A DNA stretch of 63,817 nt from Patescibacteria group bacterium (GCA_018830125.1 JAHJSY010000041.1:1-63817); one strand, 5' to 3'. Shown: positions 19,349 through 29,088, counted from the first letter of the stretch. Numbers and translations: made by a program. Notes: a model not told the origin generated them from the sequence alone.

Positions 19349-19422
19349 TCCCGTAGAAGAAATTTGAAAGATTTTTCAAAGAAAAATCAATTTACGAAAG
19401 TATTCAAATTTTCTCTACGGGA
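19349..19422. repeat. 74-nt MITE-like hairpin with CCCGTAGA(A/G)(G/A)AAATTT termini
   Basis: Termini TCCCGTAGAAGAAATTTGAA and TTCAAATTTTCTCTACGGGA. A second copy with the same termini and a different interior lies at 54578..54651, inverted. Confidence 0.8.
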
Positions 19423-19477
19423 TTAGACAAAGCGCAGTTTTTAAGATAAGATCAAAGTATAAGTAACATAGATTATT

Positions 19478-20197
19478 ATGTCGGGACACTCTCACGCTAA
19501 AACAGTAGCTAGAACCAAAGGGACGGCGGATGCTAAAAGAAGCAAGGCCTTTTCAAAAATGGCTCGGGTTATTATTATCACTGCTAAAGAAGGTGGCGGT
19601 GATCCAAATACTAATTCTAAATTAAGGATAGCTATTGAACAAGCAAAACAGGTGAACATGCCTAAAGACAAAATAGAGAGATCTATCAAAAAGGGAACTG
19701 GCGAGCTAGAAGGAGGAAAGTTAGAATCAGTTATTTTTGAGGCTTATGGCCCAAACAATATCGCTATTATTTTGGAAGGAATTACTGATAATAAAAATAG
19801 GACTTTAGCAGAAGTAAAAAAAATACTCAACCAATACCATGGAAAGCTTGCTAACGAAGGATCTGTTAAGTGGTTGTTTGAAAGAAAAGGAAGTATATTA
19901 GTAAATAATGAACAAAAAGCAGTGAACACAGAAGAATTAGAAATGGATGCAATAGAGGCTGGAGCTGAAGATATTTTAGAACAAGATGATTTTGTAATTA
20001 TATATACAAAGCCAGATGAGTTAGAAAAAGTTAAAAAAAATCTTGAGGAGAAAAGTATTAAGATTGAATCATCCTCTCTTGATTGGATTGCCAAAGAATC
20101 AATAGAAGCTGATAACAAAGAATCTCTTGAAAAACTATTTGGAACTCTAGATGACAACGACGACATTCAAAATATATACTCAAATTTAAAACCATGA
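19478..20197 (+). CDS. yebC: YebC/PmpR-family transcriptional regulator
   Basis: 239 aa. MSGHSHAKT start, KRSKAFSK and GGDPNTNSKLR motifs. Conserved yebC-ruvC adjacency. Confidence 0.85.
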   Translation: MSGHSHAKTVARTKGTADAKRSKAFSKMARVIIITAKEGGGDPNTNSKLRIAIEQAKQVNMPKDKIERSIKKGTGELEGGKLESVIFEAYGPNNIAIILEGITDNKNRTLAEVKKILNQYHGKLANEGSVKWLFERKGSILVNNEQKAVNTEELEMDAIEAGAEDILEQDDFVIIYTKPDELEKVKKNLEEKSIKIESSSLDWIAKESIEADNKESLEKLFGTLDDNDDIQNIYSNLKP

Positions 20198-20694
20198 TTA
20201 TACTTGGAATAGATCCAGGAACAGCAACGACGGGTTTTGGCGTCTTAAAAAAACAGAAAGACGGATTAGAAGTTATTGATTATGGTTGCATTAACACCAC
20301 TCCAGATATGTGCGACGCTGATCGTCTAAAAATAATCTATGACCAACTTAATAAAATAATAAAGCTTCACCAACCAGAAGTTTTAGCCGTAGAAAGATTA
20401 TTCTTTTTTAAAAATCTAAAAACAGTTATGCCTGTTAGCCAGGCCAAGGGAATTGTTTTATTAACCGCTGCTAAAAAGAAAATCCCTGTTTATGAATATA
20501 CTCCCCTTCAAATGAAAATGGCTATTGCCGGATATGGTCGAGCCGAAAAGAAACAGGTTCAGAAGATGATTCAAGTCCAACTAAATTTAGAAGAAAAACC
20601 TAAGAATAAAGACAAAAGAAAAGACGACGCCACAGATGCTCTGGGAATCGCCATGTGCTACGCCTTAGACACTCGCAACATCAAAACTATTTAA
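20194..20694 (+). CDS. ruvC: crossover junction endodeoxyribonuclease RuvC
   Basis: IILGIDPGTATTGFG start, ERLFFFKN, DATDALGIA. Confidence 0.9.
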   Translation: MIILGIDPGTATTGFGVLKKQKDGLEVIDYGCINTTPDMCDADRLKIIYDQLNKIIKLHQPEVLAVERLFFFKNLKTVMPVSQAKGIVLLTAAKKKIPVYEYTPLQMKMAIAGYGRAEKKQVQKMIQVQLNLEEKPKNKDKRKDDATDALGIAMCYALDTRNIKTI

Positions 20695-21877
20695 TTTTGG
20701 CGAATCTTCTTTTGCCGATTTGGAGAACTCGCCCAGGGCGAGTTTCTATTTTTGTTTGCCAATCTTTAATAATTTTGCTGTCTATTTTAACAGCGCCTTG
20801 TTCTACTAGTCGCCTGGCTTCTGCTTTCGAAGCAACTAGTTTTGTTTTTAATAATAAATCTAAAATATTTAATTCTTGATTTTCAATTTTTATTTCTGGA
20901 ATATCTGATGGCAATTCTTTGTTTCTAAAAACTTTATTGAATTCTTTTTCAGCTTTTTCGGCTTCTTTTTCCCCGTGATATATTTTAATAATTTCTTTTG
21001 CTAATCTTGATTTTAGATTCTTGGGATTGGTTTTTAATTTTCTTAATTTTCCAATTTCTATCAAGGGCACCCTTGTTATCAATTCAAAATATTCAAAAAT
21101 AAGATTATCGGGAATAGACATTATTTTCCCAAATTGTTCATTTGGAGAATCTTCAAAGCCAATATAATTTCCTAGGCTTTGGCTCATTTTTTGTTTGCCG
21201 TCAGTCCCAATCAAAAGTTTAGTAGCTATTATTTCTTGACCCGGTTGATCAAATTTTTGTTGAAGCTCTCTTGCCTTAAGCTCATTAAACAATTGATCTG
21301 TTCCGCAAACAGTCAAATCTGATTTCAACATCACTGAATCATATGCTTGCAAAACGGGGTAGACAGGTTCGTGCAAACCAGTTTCTATTCCTTTTTTAAT
21401 TCTTTCCTGAAACATGTCTCTTTCTAACATTCTAGCAGTCGTGAAGTTACTCATTAACAATAAAAGCTCGTCAGCTTTCATTTTTCCATACCACTCTGAA
21501 TTGTAACGGATCTCGGTCTTCTTTAGATCTAAAATTTTTCCTACTTGTTTTAAATAATTCTTAGCTAAATTTCTTACTTCTTTCGCATCTCTTAATTTTC
21601 TTGCTTCTATTTTTTCAGTTGGATCACCGAAACGACCAGTGAAGTCACCGATCAAAAATATAATTTGGTGTCCCATCTCTTGAAGTTCTTTCAATTTCAG
21701 GTAAACTGTAGAATACCCCAAGTGTAAATCCTTGGTTGTTGGATCTATTCCATGTTTCACTCTTAGTTTTTTTCCAGAGTTTAATTTTTCAACCAAGCTA
21801 TCTTTTTTGATAACTTTTTCTACGCCCCTAGTTAAAACATCTTCAATTTTTTGATCTTTAGTTTTTAATTTGTTCAT
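20687..21877 (-). CDS. tyrS: tyrosine--tRNA ligase
   Basis: HIGH-type DLHLGY, KMSQS loop, C-terminal S4 domain SKAEARRLVEQGAVKID. Confidence 0.9.
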   Translation of the reverse strand: MNKLKTKDQKIEDVLTRGVEKVIKKDSLVEKLNSGKKLRVKHGIDPTTKDLHLGYSTVYLKLKELQEMGHQIIFLIGDFTGRFGDPTEKIEARKLRDAKEVRNLAKNYLKQVGKILDLKKTEIRYNSEWYGKMKADELLLLMSNFTTARMLERDMFQERIKKGIETGLHEPVYPVLQAYDSVMLKSDLTVCGTDQLFNELKARELQQKFDQPGQEIIATKLLIGTDGKQKMSQSLGNYIGFEDSPNEQFGKIMSIPDNLIFEYFELITRVPLIEIGKLRKLKTNPKNLKSRLAKEIIKIYHGEKEAEKAEKEFNKVFRNKELPSDIPEIKIENQELNILDLLLKTKLVASKAEARRLVEQGAVKIDSKIIKDWQTKIETRPGRVLQIGKRRFAKIK

Positions 21878-21920
21878 ATTATTATATAATAGAATATATC
21901 CCCAATAAATTCAACAAAAT

Positions 21921-23915
21921 ATGGCCGAAAGAAAATTCTATAGAAAAACATTTGATAAGAAGTCGTTAAAGAAAGAAGGACGAAAAAGAAGAATCACCGT
22001 CTATATTCTTTTTTCTTTGCTTATTCTTTTTATCTTAACTATTCTTAGTGGAATAGGTGTTTTTATTTATTATGCCAAAGATTTGCCTCGTCCAGAAAAG
22101 TTCACCGAAAGATCTTTTATTGAATCAACTAAAATATATGACCGAACAGGAGAGGTTCTTCTATATGAATTATACGGCGAAACAAAAAGAGAAATAATCC
22201 CTTTATCAGAAATGTCTAATAACATCAAAAATGCTGTCATTGCCACCGAAGATGCTCGATTTTATTCTCATCATGGAATTGATTTCTTTGGAATATTAAG
22301 AGCGTTTAAACTTAATTTAAATTCTGGAAGGCCAACCTATGGGGGATCAACCATTTCTCAACAACTTATTCGCTCCACCTTCTTAACGCTAGAAAAAAGT
22401 ATTGCCAGAAAAGTTAAGGAATTAATTCTTACCCTAGAAATGGAAAGGCGTTATTCAAAAGACCAAATTCTAGAATGGTATTTAAATCAAGTTCCAATGG
22501 GAATTAATCTTTATGGAGTTCAATCGTCTTCTAAAACATATTTTAATAAACCAGCTAGCGAGCTAACAATAGCCGAAGCGGCTATTCTAGTTGCCTCAAT
22601 TAAAGCACCCAGCTATTATTCTCCTTTTGGCAATCATCTAGATGAACTCTACGGAAGAAAAGATTATGTTATAGACAGAATGGCTCAAGAGAATTTTATA
22701 ACCGAAGAACAAGCCGAAGAAGCTAAAAGACAAGAGCTTATCTTTGCCAAAGTATCTCAAACAATTAAAGCGCCCCATTTTGTTTTACATATTCAAGAAT
22801 ATCTCTTTGAAACATACGGTAAAAACTTTTTAGAAGAACGAGGATATCGAGTTTATACGACTTTGGATTGGGAACTCCAAAAAGCAGCCGAAAAAGCTAT
22901 TGAAGAAGGTGCTGAAAGAAACAAAAAATACAAAGCGTATAATGCTGCTCTCGTCGCCATTGACCCCCAAACGGGAGAAGTTCTATCAATGGTTGGATCA
23001 GCTAACTGGTTTGGAGAGTCCTACCCAGAAGGATGTACCTCGGGCAAAAATTGTATGCTTGATCCAAAATTGAATGTTTCCACCTACAGAATTGGTCGTC
23101 AACCTGGTTCCGCTTTTAAACCGTTTGTCTATGTTACCGCTTTTCAAAATGGCTATAATTCTAAAAATACTGTAATTGATGAAGAAACAAATTTTGGCGT
23201 TTGGGGAGGTAAAGAATATATTCCTCAAAACTACGATGGCTTATTCAGAGGAGAAGTAACCTTAAGATCAGCTCTGGCTCAATCGCTAAATGTTCCCGCT
23301 GTTAGGGTTTTACTTGAGTTGTCAGGGTTACAAGAAAGCATCAACACTGCAAGAAGGTGTGGCGTTACAACCCTAAAAGAATCTTCTAACTTTTACGGAC
23401 CCTCTATTGTTCTAGGCGGTGGAGAAGTAAGGTTGATTGATATGGTTTCTGCTTATGGTGTTTTTGCAACCGAAGGAACAAGACTTCCCCCTACTTCTAT
23501 TTTGAGAATTGAGGATTCTGAAGGAAACATTATTGAACAAAAAAGAAAAACCCCTAAAAAGATATTAGATGAAGAGCCAACTAGAATATTGAATAGTATT
23601 TTATCGGACAATAATGCTCGAGCTCCGATGTTTGGATATAATTCTGCCTTATACTTCCCAAACTATCAGGTAGCTGTTAAAACAGGAACGACCAATAGCT
23701 ATAGAGACGCTTGGACGATTGGCTATACTCCCAATATTTCTGTTGGCGTTTGGGTTGGCAATAACGATAACACTGAAATGTCTCACAAGCCGTCGGTAAC
23801 AATAGCTGGACCTATCTGGAGAAGCTTTATGGAAGCCGCACTCAATAAACTCCCCAAACAAGATTTCACTCCGCCCCTACCAGAACCTAATCCTGAAGAA
23901 AAAACCGAAGAATAA
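21921..23915 (+). CDS. bifunctional class A penicillin-binding protein (glycosyltransferase/transpeptidase)
   Basis: GT51 motif TEDARFYSHHGID. Transpeptidase motifs SAFK, SLN, KTGTT. N-terminal TM helix. Confidence 0.9.
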   Translation: MAERKFYRKTFDKKSLKKEGRKRRITVYILFSLLILFILTILSGIGVFIYYAKDLPRPEKFTERSFIESTKIYDRTGEVLLYELYGETKREIIPLSEMSNNIKNAVIATEDARFYSHHGIDFFGILRAFKLNLNSGRPTYGGSTISQQLIRSTFLTLEKSIARKVKELILTLEMERRYSKDQILEWYLNQVPMGINLYGVQSSSKTYFNKPASELTIAEAAILVASIKAPSYYSPFGNHLDELYGRKDYVIDRMAQENFITEEQAEEAKRQELIFAKVSQTIKAPHFVLHIQEYLFETYGKNFLEERGYRVYTTLDWELQKAAEKAIEEGAERNKKYKAYNAALVAIDPQTGEVLSMVGSANWFGESYPEGCTSGKNCMLDPKLNVSTYRIGRQPGSAFKPFVYVTAFQNGYNSKNTVIDEETNFGVWGGKEYIPQNYDGLFRGEVTLRSALAQSLNVPAVRVLLELSGLQESINTARRCGVTTLKESSNFYGPSIVLGGGEVRLIDMVSAYGVFATEGTRLPPTSILRIEDSEGNIIEQKRKTPKKILDEEPTRILNSILSDNNARAPMFGYNSALYFPNYQVAVKTGTTNSYRDAWTIGYTPNISVGVWVGNNDNTEMSHKPSVTIAGPIWRSFMEAALNKLPKQDFTPPLPEPNPEEKTEE

Positions 23916-23920
23916 AAAAG

Positions 23921-23943
23921 GGGAGCCTATAATGTAGGCTCCC
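23921..23943. terminator. bidirectional hairpin GGGAGCCT-ATAATGT-AGGCTCCC
   Basis: 8-bp GC-rich stem between convergent genes. Overlaps the last codons of the 74-aa ORF. Confidence 0.6.
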
Positions 23944-24151
23944 TTAAAATTTCGTTTGCTTGATCGATGAGCGGCTGAGTCAGTTTGAGGCTCAACACGG
24001 CTGCATCAATCCAATCAAAGCTTGTTTTCTGACTTTCGGCGGTTTCAATTAGAGCATCTAAAAGCTTGTCCTCCTGACCCTCCTTATAGAGAAAGATAAA
24101 CTTTTCGCCTCCTTTGTTTAAAACCAACTGTCTTCTCGCTCTTATTGTCAT
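23927..24151 (-). CDS. hypothetical protein (74 aa)
   Basis: ORF only; no recognisable motif. Confidence 0.4.
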   Translation of the reverse strand: MTIRARRQLVLNKGGEKFIFLYKEGQEDKLLDALIETAESQKTSFDWIDAAVLSLKLTQPLIDQANEILREPTL

Positions 24152-24276
24152 CCCAAGATCCCTTTCAAAAAAATGTTAAAATGCTAATTATTCTTGTTCT
24201 TAATAATAGCATAATTATTTCATCTTGTCTATTTAAAATTTTCCACTAGTAATTAGATTAATAATTGTGATATAAT

Positions 24277-24681
24277 GTGTTAATGCTTGAATATTCAAAA
24301 GAAGAGCTTTGGAGCTTATATAAACAAATTCCCAAAGACCTACAGCGAGCCACTTTCTCTGAACAAGTAGGCACGGATATACGGAAAATATGCGATAAAA
24401 ATGGAATTACTGATGAAGATTTAATTCTCAAAATAACTAAAAATGTTGGCTATGTTTTTTTGGGATTATTATCTCCTGATAAATTTTCCGAAGAACTTCA
24501 GCGAGATTTAAAGATGAAGAAAGAGACAGCCGATCAAATAAGTGGCGGTTTAACAAATATTGTTTTTTTACCATTAAAGAAAAGCCTTGATATATTATAT
24601 GGAATAGAAATCAAAGCCATAAAAATTACAGAACCCGCCAAAAAAGAACCAGCCATAGATATTTATAAAGAAAAAATATAA
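24277..24681 (+). CDS. hypothetical protein, first gene of the PrgI/VirB4 cluster
   Basis: 134-aa ORF, 3 nt upstream of the PrgI-like gene. No motif recognised. Confidence 0.5.
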   Translation: MLMLEYSKEELWSLYKQIPKDLQRATFSEQVGTDIRKICDKNGITDEDLILKITKNVGYVFLGLLSPDKFSEELQRDLKMKKETADQISGGLTNIVFLPLKKSLDILYGIEIKAIKITEPAKKEPAIDIYKEKI

Positions 24682-24684
24682 CTT

Positions 24685-25104
24685 ATGGAATTTACCGTCC
24701 CACAATTTATAGAGAAAGAAGCAAAAATAGTTGGACCTTTTACTTTTAAGCAGTTTATTTTTATAGGAATCGCCAGTGGTCTTTCTATTTTTATGTATTT
24801 CGTTTTTCCTTTCTTCTTATTTATAATACTTGCTATCCCCCTAATCGGAGCAGCTTTTGCTCTAGCTTTTATGAAAGTAAGCCGAACATCTCTGCCAACA
24901 TTTGTAGCTAACTTTTTTACTTTTTTCTTTAAACCAAAAATATATTTATGGGACAAAAAAACTGGCTCGCCTAAATTTTTAAAGAAAGAAAAGATTATGG
25001 CTCAAGACCTAACAAAAGAGAAAAATAAAGAAGAGGGGATAAAATTAAAGGTATCGCGCGGAAGTCGTTTAGATGAATTATTCACAAAACTAGAAACCAA
25101 ATAA
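24685..25104 (+). CDS. PrgI-like (VirB3-type) small membrane protein
   Basis: The VPQFIEKEAKIVGPFTFKQFIF start followed by two TM helices is the PrgI-family pattern. Precedes VirB4. Confidence 0.5.
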   Translation: MEFTVPQFIEKEAKIVGPFTFKQFIFIGIASGLSIFMYFVFPFFLFIILAIPLIGAAFALAFMKVSRTSLPTFVANFFTFFFKPKIYLWDKKTGSPKFLKKEKIMAQDLTKEKNKEEGIKLKVSRGSRLDELFTKLETK

Positions 25105-25109
25105 AATAT

Positions 25110-25736
25110 ATGCCTAGCACACAAGACTTTTTAAAATTTGATCAAATAAAAGAAGGCGTTGTTATCTTAAAAAATAAAGGTCTTAGGTTGATACTAATGG
25201 TTTCCTCTTTAAATTTCGCCTTAAAATCAGTTGATGAACAAAACGCTATTCTTTATCAATTCCAGAACTTTTTAAATTCTTTAGATTTCCCAGCTCAAAT
25301 TATTGTTCAATCTAGACGCTTAAATATGACTGGCTACCTAGACAAATTAACAGCTATCGAGGAAAAAGAAACTAACGAATTAATGAAAATCCAGGTTGGA
25401 GAATACAGAAAATTCATTGAACAAATAGTTGGAGGTGGTTCCATTATGCAAAAAACATTTTATGTTATCGTTCCTTTTTCTGTATCTGAAATGATGTTCG
25501 CCGAAGAAGGTAAAAGAATACCTAAGATACCTCAGTTGACCGAAGATGCATTTCAAAGGGCCAAGAACCAGCTCCTTCAACGTGCAGAATTTGTGATGCT
25601 GGGTTTAGGATCTTCTGGTTTAGAGGCTGTTCCATTAACTAATTTAGAAATTGCTGAACTTTTCTGGAGCTTACACCATCCCATAGAAGCAGAAAGAGGA
25701 TATTATCCAGAAATACCTAGTGAATTAATAGAGTAA
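25110..25736 (+). CDS. VirB4/TraC N-terminal domain-like protein (separate ORF)
   Basis: 208 aa. FDQIKEGVVILKNKGLRLILMVSSLNFALKS..AILYQFQNFLNSL resembles the N-terminal domain of Gram-positive VirB4/PrgJ. Ends 4 nt before the ATPase ORF, in a different frame. Confidence 0.5.
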   Translation: MPSTQDFLKFDQIKEGVVILKNKGLRLILMVSSLNFALKSVDEQNAILYQFQNFLNSLDFPAQIIVQSRRLNMTGYLDKLTAIEEKETNELMKIQVGEYRKFIEQIVGGGSIMQKTFYVIVPFSVSEMMFAEEGKRIPKIPQLTEDAFQRAKNQLLQRAEFVMLGLGSSGLEAVPLTNLEIAELFWSLHHPIEAERGYYPEIPSELIE

Positions 25737-25740
25737 TATT

Positions 25741-27543
25741 ATGAAAATACCTTTTTTAGACAAACTACAGGGGGAAAAAGAAATAAAAGGCGAAATGTTT
25801 GATATTAAACCAATTGGCATTGCTGACATTATTGCCCCTTCCTCTATTGAAGTCAAAAATAACTTTATTAAGATAGGCGAAAGAATGGCTAAAAGTTATT
25901 TTATTTTTTCTTATCCAAGATATTTAAGCACTGGCTGGCTTTCACCAATTATCAACTTAAATGTTCCAATGGACATTTCCTTTTATCTACATCCCGTTCC
26001 AAGCGAAATTATATTAAAAAAACTAAGAAAAAAAGTTACCGAAGTCCAAGCTCAACTAGCTGAAAATGAAGAAAAGGGACTGATCAGAGACCCAACCCTA
26101 GAAACCGCCCACCAAGACCTAGAAGAATTAAGGGATAAACTTCAAACAGCTCAGGAAAAGATGTTTCGTTTTAGTTTATATCTTACAGTTTATGGCGATA
26201 ATGAAAAAGAATTAAGAACCGTTGAGACAAATTTAAGATCTGTTTTAGAATCCAGATTAATTTATATTAAGCCAGCTCTATATCAACAAAAAGAGGGTTT
26301 TATTTGCACTTCTCCTTACAATATGGACTTGTTGATGGTAACTACCCTGATGAACACTTCTCCACTTTCCAGTACTTTCCCGTTTATTTCTAACGACTTA
26401 AGCTCTAACGAAGGAATACTTTATGGTATTAATAGACACAATAATTCTTTAGTATTGTTTGATAGATTCTCCTTGGCTAATGCCAATGAGGTTATTTTCG
26501 CCACATCGGGAGCTGGAAAATCGTTTTCTGTTAAACTTGAAGCTTTGAGATACTTAATGCTTGGTGTAGATTGTATTATTATAGATCCTGATAATGAGTA
26601 TCGCTTTTTAGCTGAGTCTGTTGGCGGTTCTTTTTTCAATATTTCTTTATCATCGGATGATCATATTAATCCTTTTGATCTAGCCAAACCAAGAGAAGAT
26701 GAAAGATCGGAAGATGTTTTGCGTTCTAATATTATTAATTTAGTTGGCTTGATGCGCGTAATGCTCGGCGGACTAACTCCTGAAGAGGATGGTATTATGG
26801 ACAGAGCTATAACCGAGGTTTATGCAGCTAAAGACATTACTATTGATAGTGACCCTAAAAAATGGGGCGTAGAACTCTCCTTTCCAACCATGAGTGATCT
26901 AGAAGATATTCTTATAACAATGGAGGGAGCTGATAGTTTAATTAAAAGAATCCAAAGATTTACCAAGGGAGTTTACGCCAACTTCTTCAACCAACAATCA
27001 AACATAAACATAAAGAATCGGCTAGTTGTTTTTGGCATAAGAGATATGGAAGATGAACTTCGTCCAATGGCTCTCTTTGTTGTTCTTAGATATATTTGGA
27101 AAACTATTACCGCCTCCCTTAAAAAGAGAATGCTTGTTATTGATGAAGCATGGCTACTCATGAAAAACGAAGAGGGTGCTTCTTTCTTATTTGGAACAGT
27201 TAAAAGAGCTAGAAAGTATTGGCTTGGGGTAACAACCATAACTCAAGATGTCAATGACTTTATGAAATCGGATTACGGTAAGCCGATTATAACTAACTCT
27301 TCGCTGGCTCTCTTAATGAAGCAGAGTCCGGCAACTATTGATACTGTTCAAAAAACATTTCATCTTACCGATGAAGAAAAGATGCTTTTATTAGAATCTC
27401 CTGTTGGAGAAGGTATCTTTTTCGCTGGAGCCAAACATGTCTTAATAAAGGTCTTAGCATCATACACAGAAGAGCAAATCATTACCACCGCTCCCGAACA
27501 ATTGAACAAAATAAAAGAAGCTAAAAGAATAGCTTCTGAATAA
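25741..27543 (+). CDS. VirB4-family type IV secretion ATPase (C-terminal ATPase part)
   Basis: Walker A ATSGAGKSFSVK, Walker B RMLVIDEAWLL. Conserved ITQDVNDF region. Confidence 0.8.
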   Translation: MKIPFLDKLQGEKEIKGEMFDIKPIGIADIIAPSSIEVKNNFIKIGERMAKSYFIFSYPRYLSTGWLSPIINLNVPMDISFYLHPVPSEIILKKLRKKVTEVQAQLAENEEKGLIRDPTLETAHQDLEELRDKLQTAQEKMFRFSLYLTVYGDNEKELRTVETNLRSVLESRLIYIKPALYQQKEGFICTSPYNMDLLMVTTLMNTSPLSSTFPFISNDLSSNEGILYGINRHNNSLVLFDRFSLANANEVIFATSGAGKSFSVKLEALRYLMLGVDCIIIDPDNEYRFLAESVGGSFFNISLSSDDHINPFDLAKPREDERSEDVLRSNIINLVGLMRVMLGGLTPEEDGIMDRAITEVYAAKDITIDSDPKKWGVELSFPTMSDLEDILITMEGADSLIKRIQRFTKGVYANFFNQQSNINIKNRLVVFGIRDMEDELRPMALFVVLRYIWKTITASLKKRMLVIDEAWLLMKNEEGASFLFGTVKRARKYWLGVTTITQDVNDFMKSDYGKPIITNSSLALLMKQSPATIDTVQKTFHLTDEEKMLLLESPVGEGIFFAGAKHVLIKVLASYTEEQIITTAPEQLNKIKEAKRIASE

Positions 27544-27545
27544 AT

Positions 27546-27863
27546 ATGGCAGACGACACAGCAGCAATTGCTATTCCTAAAAAGAAAAAGGGCTGGTTTC
27601 AAAAGATACCAGCTCATGTTTTGCTTTCCCCCACAGGAATAGTTTTAGTTATGTTCGCTCTAGTAATAGAGATCATTGATTTAATCCCATTACCAGTTGT
27701 TGACCAATTGTGGGAATTACCCCTAGAAATAGCTTTTATTGTATTTTTCTTGTTGTTAGTAAAAGATGCTTCTTTTAAATCATTGGTTATCCCTTTTATC
27801 TTAGAACGCATACCAATATTAAGCGACATTCTACCAACTTGGTTTTTAAAGATTATTATGTAG
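27546..27863 (+). CDS. small membrane protein (105 aa)
   Basis: Starts 3 nt after VirB4. Two to three hydrophobic helices. Confidence 0.5.
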   Translation: MADDTAAIAIPKKKKGWFQKIPAHVLLSPTGIVLVMFALVIEIIDLIPLPVVDQLWELPLEIAFIVFFLLLVKDASFKSLVIPFILERIPILSDILPTWFLKIIM

Positions 27864-28314
27864 GCCTGATGATGATAAAACGATCTATGCCTTGACCGGC
27901 ACTTTCAGTTCTGACATCGCTTCTATTAGCTAGCTCCATATGGATAACTCTCCTTTCATAAGAAGGCATTGGACTCAACATTTTATCTTCTCTATTTAAA
28001 GAAACTTCATTGGCCCATTCTCGGGCATTTTCTTTTATATAAGCAATTTTCTTTTTCTTGTAATTATTAATATCAAGATCAATATAAAATTGTTCTGATA
28101 TCCTGCGACTTAGCATTGCCTTCAAGAGGTGCTGAACATCGGCCAATGTTTGACCGTTTTGACCAATTAAAACTTTTGGATCATCTGTGCTTATGTTAAC
28201 TGGAATGGTTCTATCGTCTGGAGTTAAAATTTCTATTTCAATATCAAAACCGGTCTTCTCAAAAAACTCTCTAATGGTTTGTCTGGTCTGTTGTAATTGT
28301 TCTTCCGTGATCAT
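27856..28314 (-). CDS. jag: Jag/KhpB RNA-binding protein (KH + R3H)
   Basis: R3H region SYERRVIHMELANRSDVRTESAGQG. Conserved yidC-jag adjacency. ATG 28314 is preferred over the track GTG at 28326. Confidence 0.8.
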   Translation of the reverse strand: MITEEQLQQTRQTIREFFEKTGFDIEIEILTPDDRTIPVNISTDDPKVLIGQNGQTLADVQHLLKAMLSRRISEQFYIDLDINNYKKKKIAYIKENAREWANEVSLNREDKMLSPMPSYERRVIHMELANRSDVRTESAGQGIDRFIIIRPT

Positions 28315-28317
28315 AAT

Positions 28318-28400
28318 ACTCGACACTAATACACTAATGATTCACCAATGTCACGAATTCGTATTATTGGTGTTAATTCGTGTATTGGTGTCGTGTTTCA
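28318..28400. repeat. about 82-nt MITE-like imperfect palindrome (ACACCAAT/ATTGGTG repeats)
   Basis: The reverse complement aligns over about 82 nt to 51303..51389, at roughly 85-90% identity by eye. Supplies the last ~15 codons and the stop of yidC. Confidence 0.8.
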
Positions 28401-29088
28401 GAATAACATATTGTTGGACGATTGTAAAGATGGTGGTCGTTACCCAATAAAGCCCAATAGCTGAAGGCAATCTAAATAAAATAACAATCATAAAAATAGG
28501 CATAAAATATTGCATTTGTTTTTGCATATGTTCAGAAACTCCCGAGTCCTTTTTAATCTTTGTTGTCGGCATACTCTTTCTTATTTGAATAAACTGCAAT
28601 ACGCCAGCCAGAATAGCTAATATTATGTTCGGCTCTGCTAAATTTATTATTCCTAAAAAACTTGGATTAATCGTTCCCGGTAGAGGAACAAAACTATACA
28701 ATAAAGTCATCTGTTCTGGCTTTAAGCCGAACCAAAACACCCTATAAAGGGCGATTAAAACTGGTAGTTGAATAAGAATAGGCAAACAACCAGAAAAAGG
28801 ATTTATCTTTTCTGTCTTATAAAGAGCCATTATCTCTTTTGTTTGTTGCTCTTTGTCGTCTTTATACTTTTCCTGAATTTCTTTTATCTTTGGCTGAAGA
28901 GTAGAAAGAGCTCTTTGAGATTTAATCGCTTTCACTCCTAATGGATAGAAGATAAGCTTAGTCAGAACAGTTAAAACAATAATAGCCACTCCAAAATCAT
29001 GACCTGGCAAATAAAGATACAACAACACCAGAATATTTAAAAGTGGTTGATATAATACGACATTGAATGCGGTTGATAAAAAATTCAT
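28351..29088 (-). CDS. yidC: membrane protein insertase YidC (short Gram-positive type)
   Basis: 245 aa polytopic. GCLPILIQLPVLIALY motif. Sits in the rnpA-yidD-yidC-jag cluster. Confidence 0.9.
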   Translation of the reverse strand: MNFLSTAFNVVLYQPLLNILVLLYLYLPGHDFGVAIIVLTVLTKLIFYPLGVKAIKSQRALSTLQPKIKEIQEKYKDDKEQQTKEIMALYKTEKINPFSGCLPILIQLPVLIALYRVFWFGLKPEQMTLLYSFVPLPGTINPSFLGIINLAEPNIILAILAGVLQFIQIRKSMPTTKIKKDSGVSEHMQKQMQYFMPIFMIVILFRLPSAIGLYWVTTTIFTIVQQYVILKHDTNTRINTNNTNS

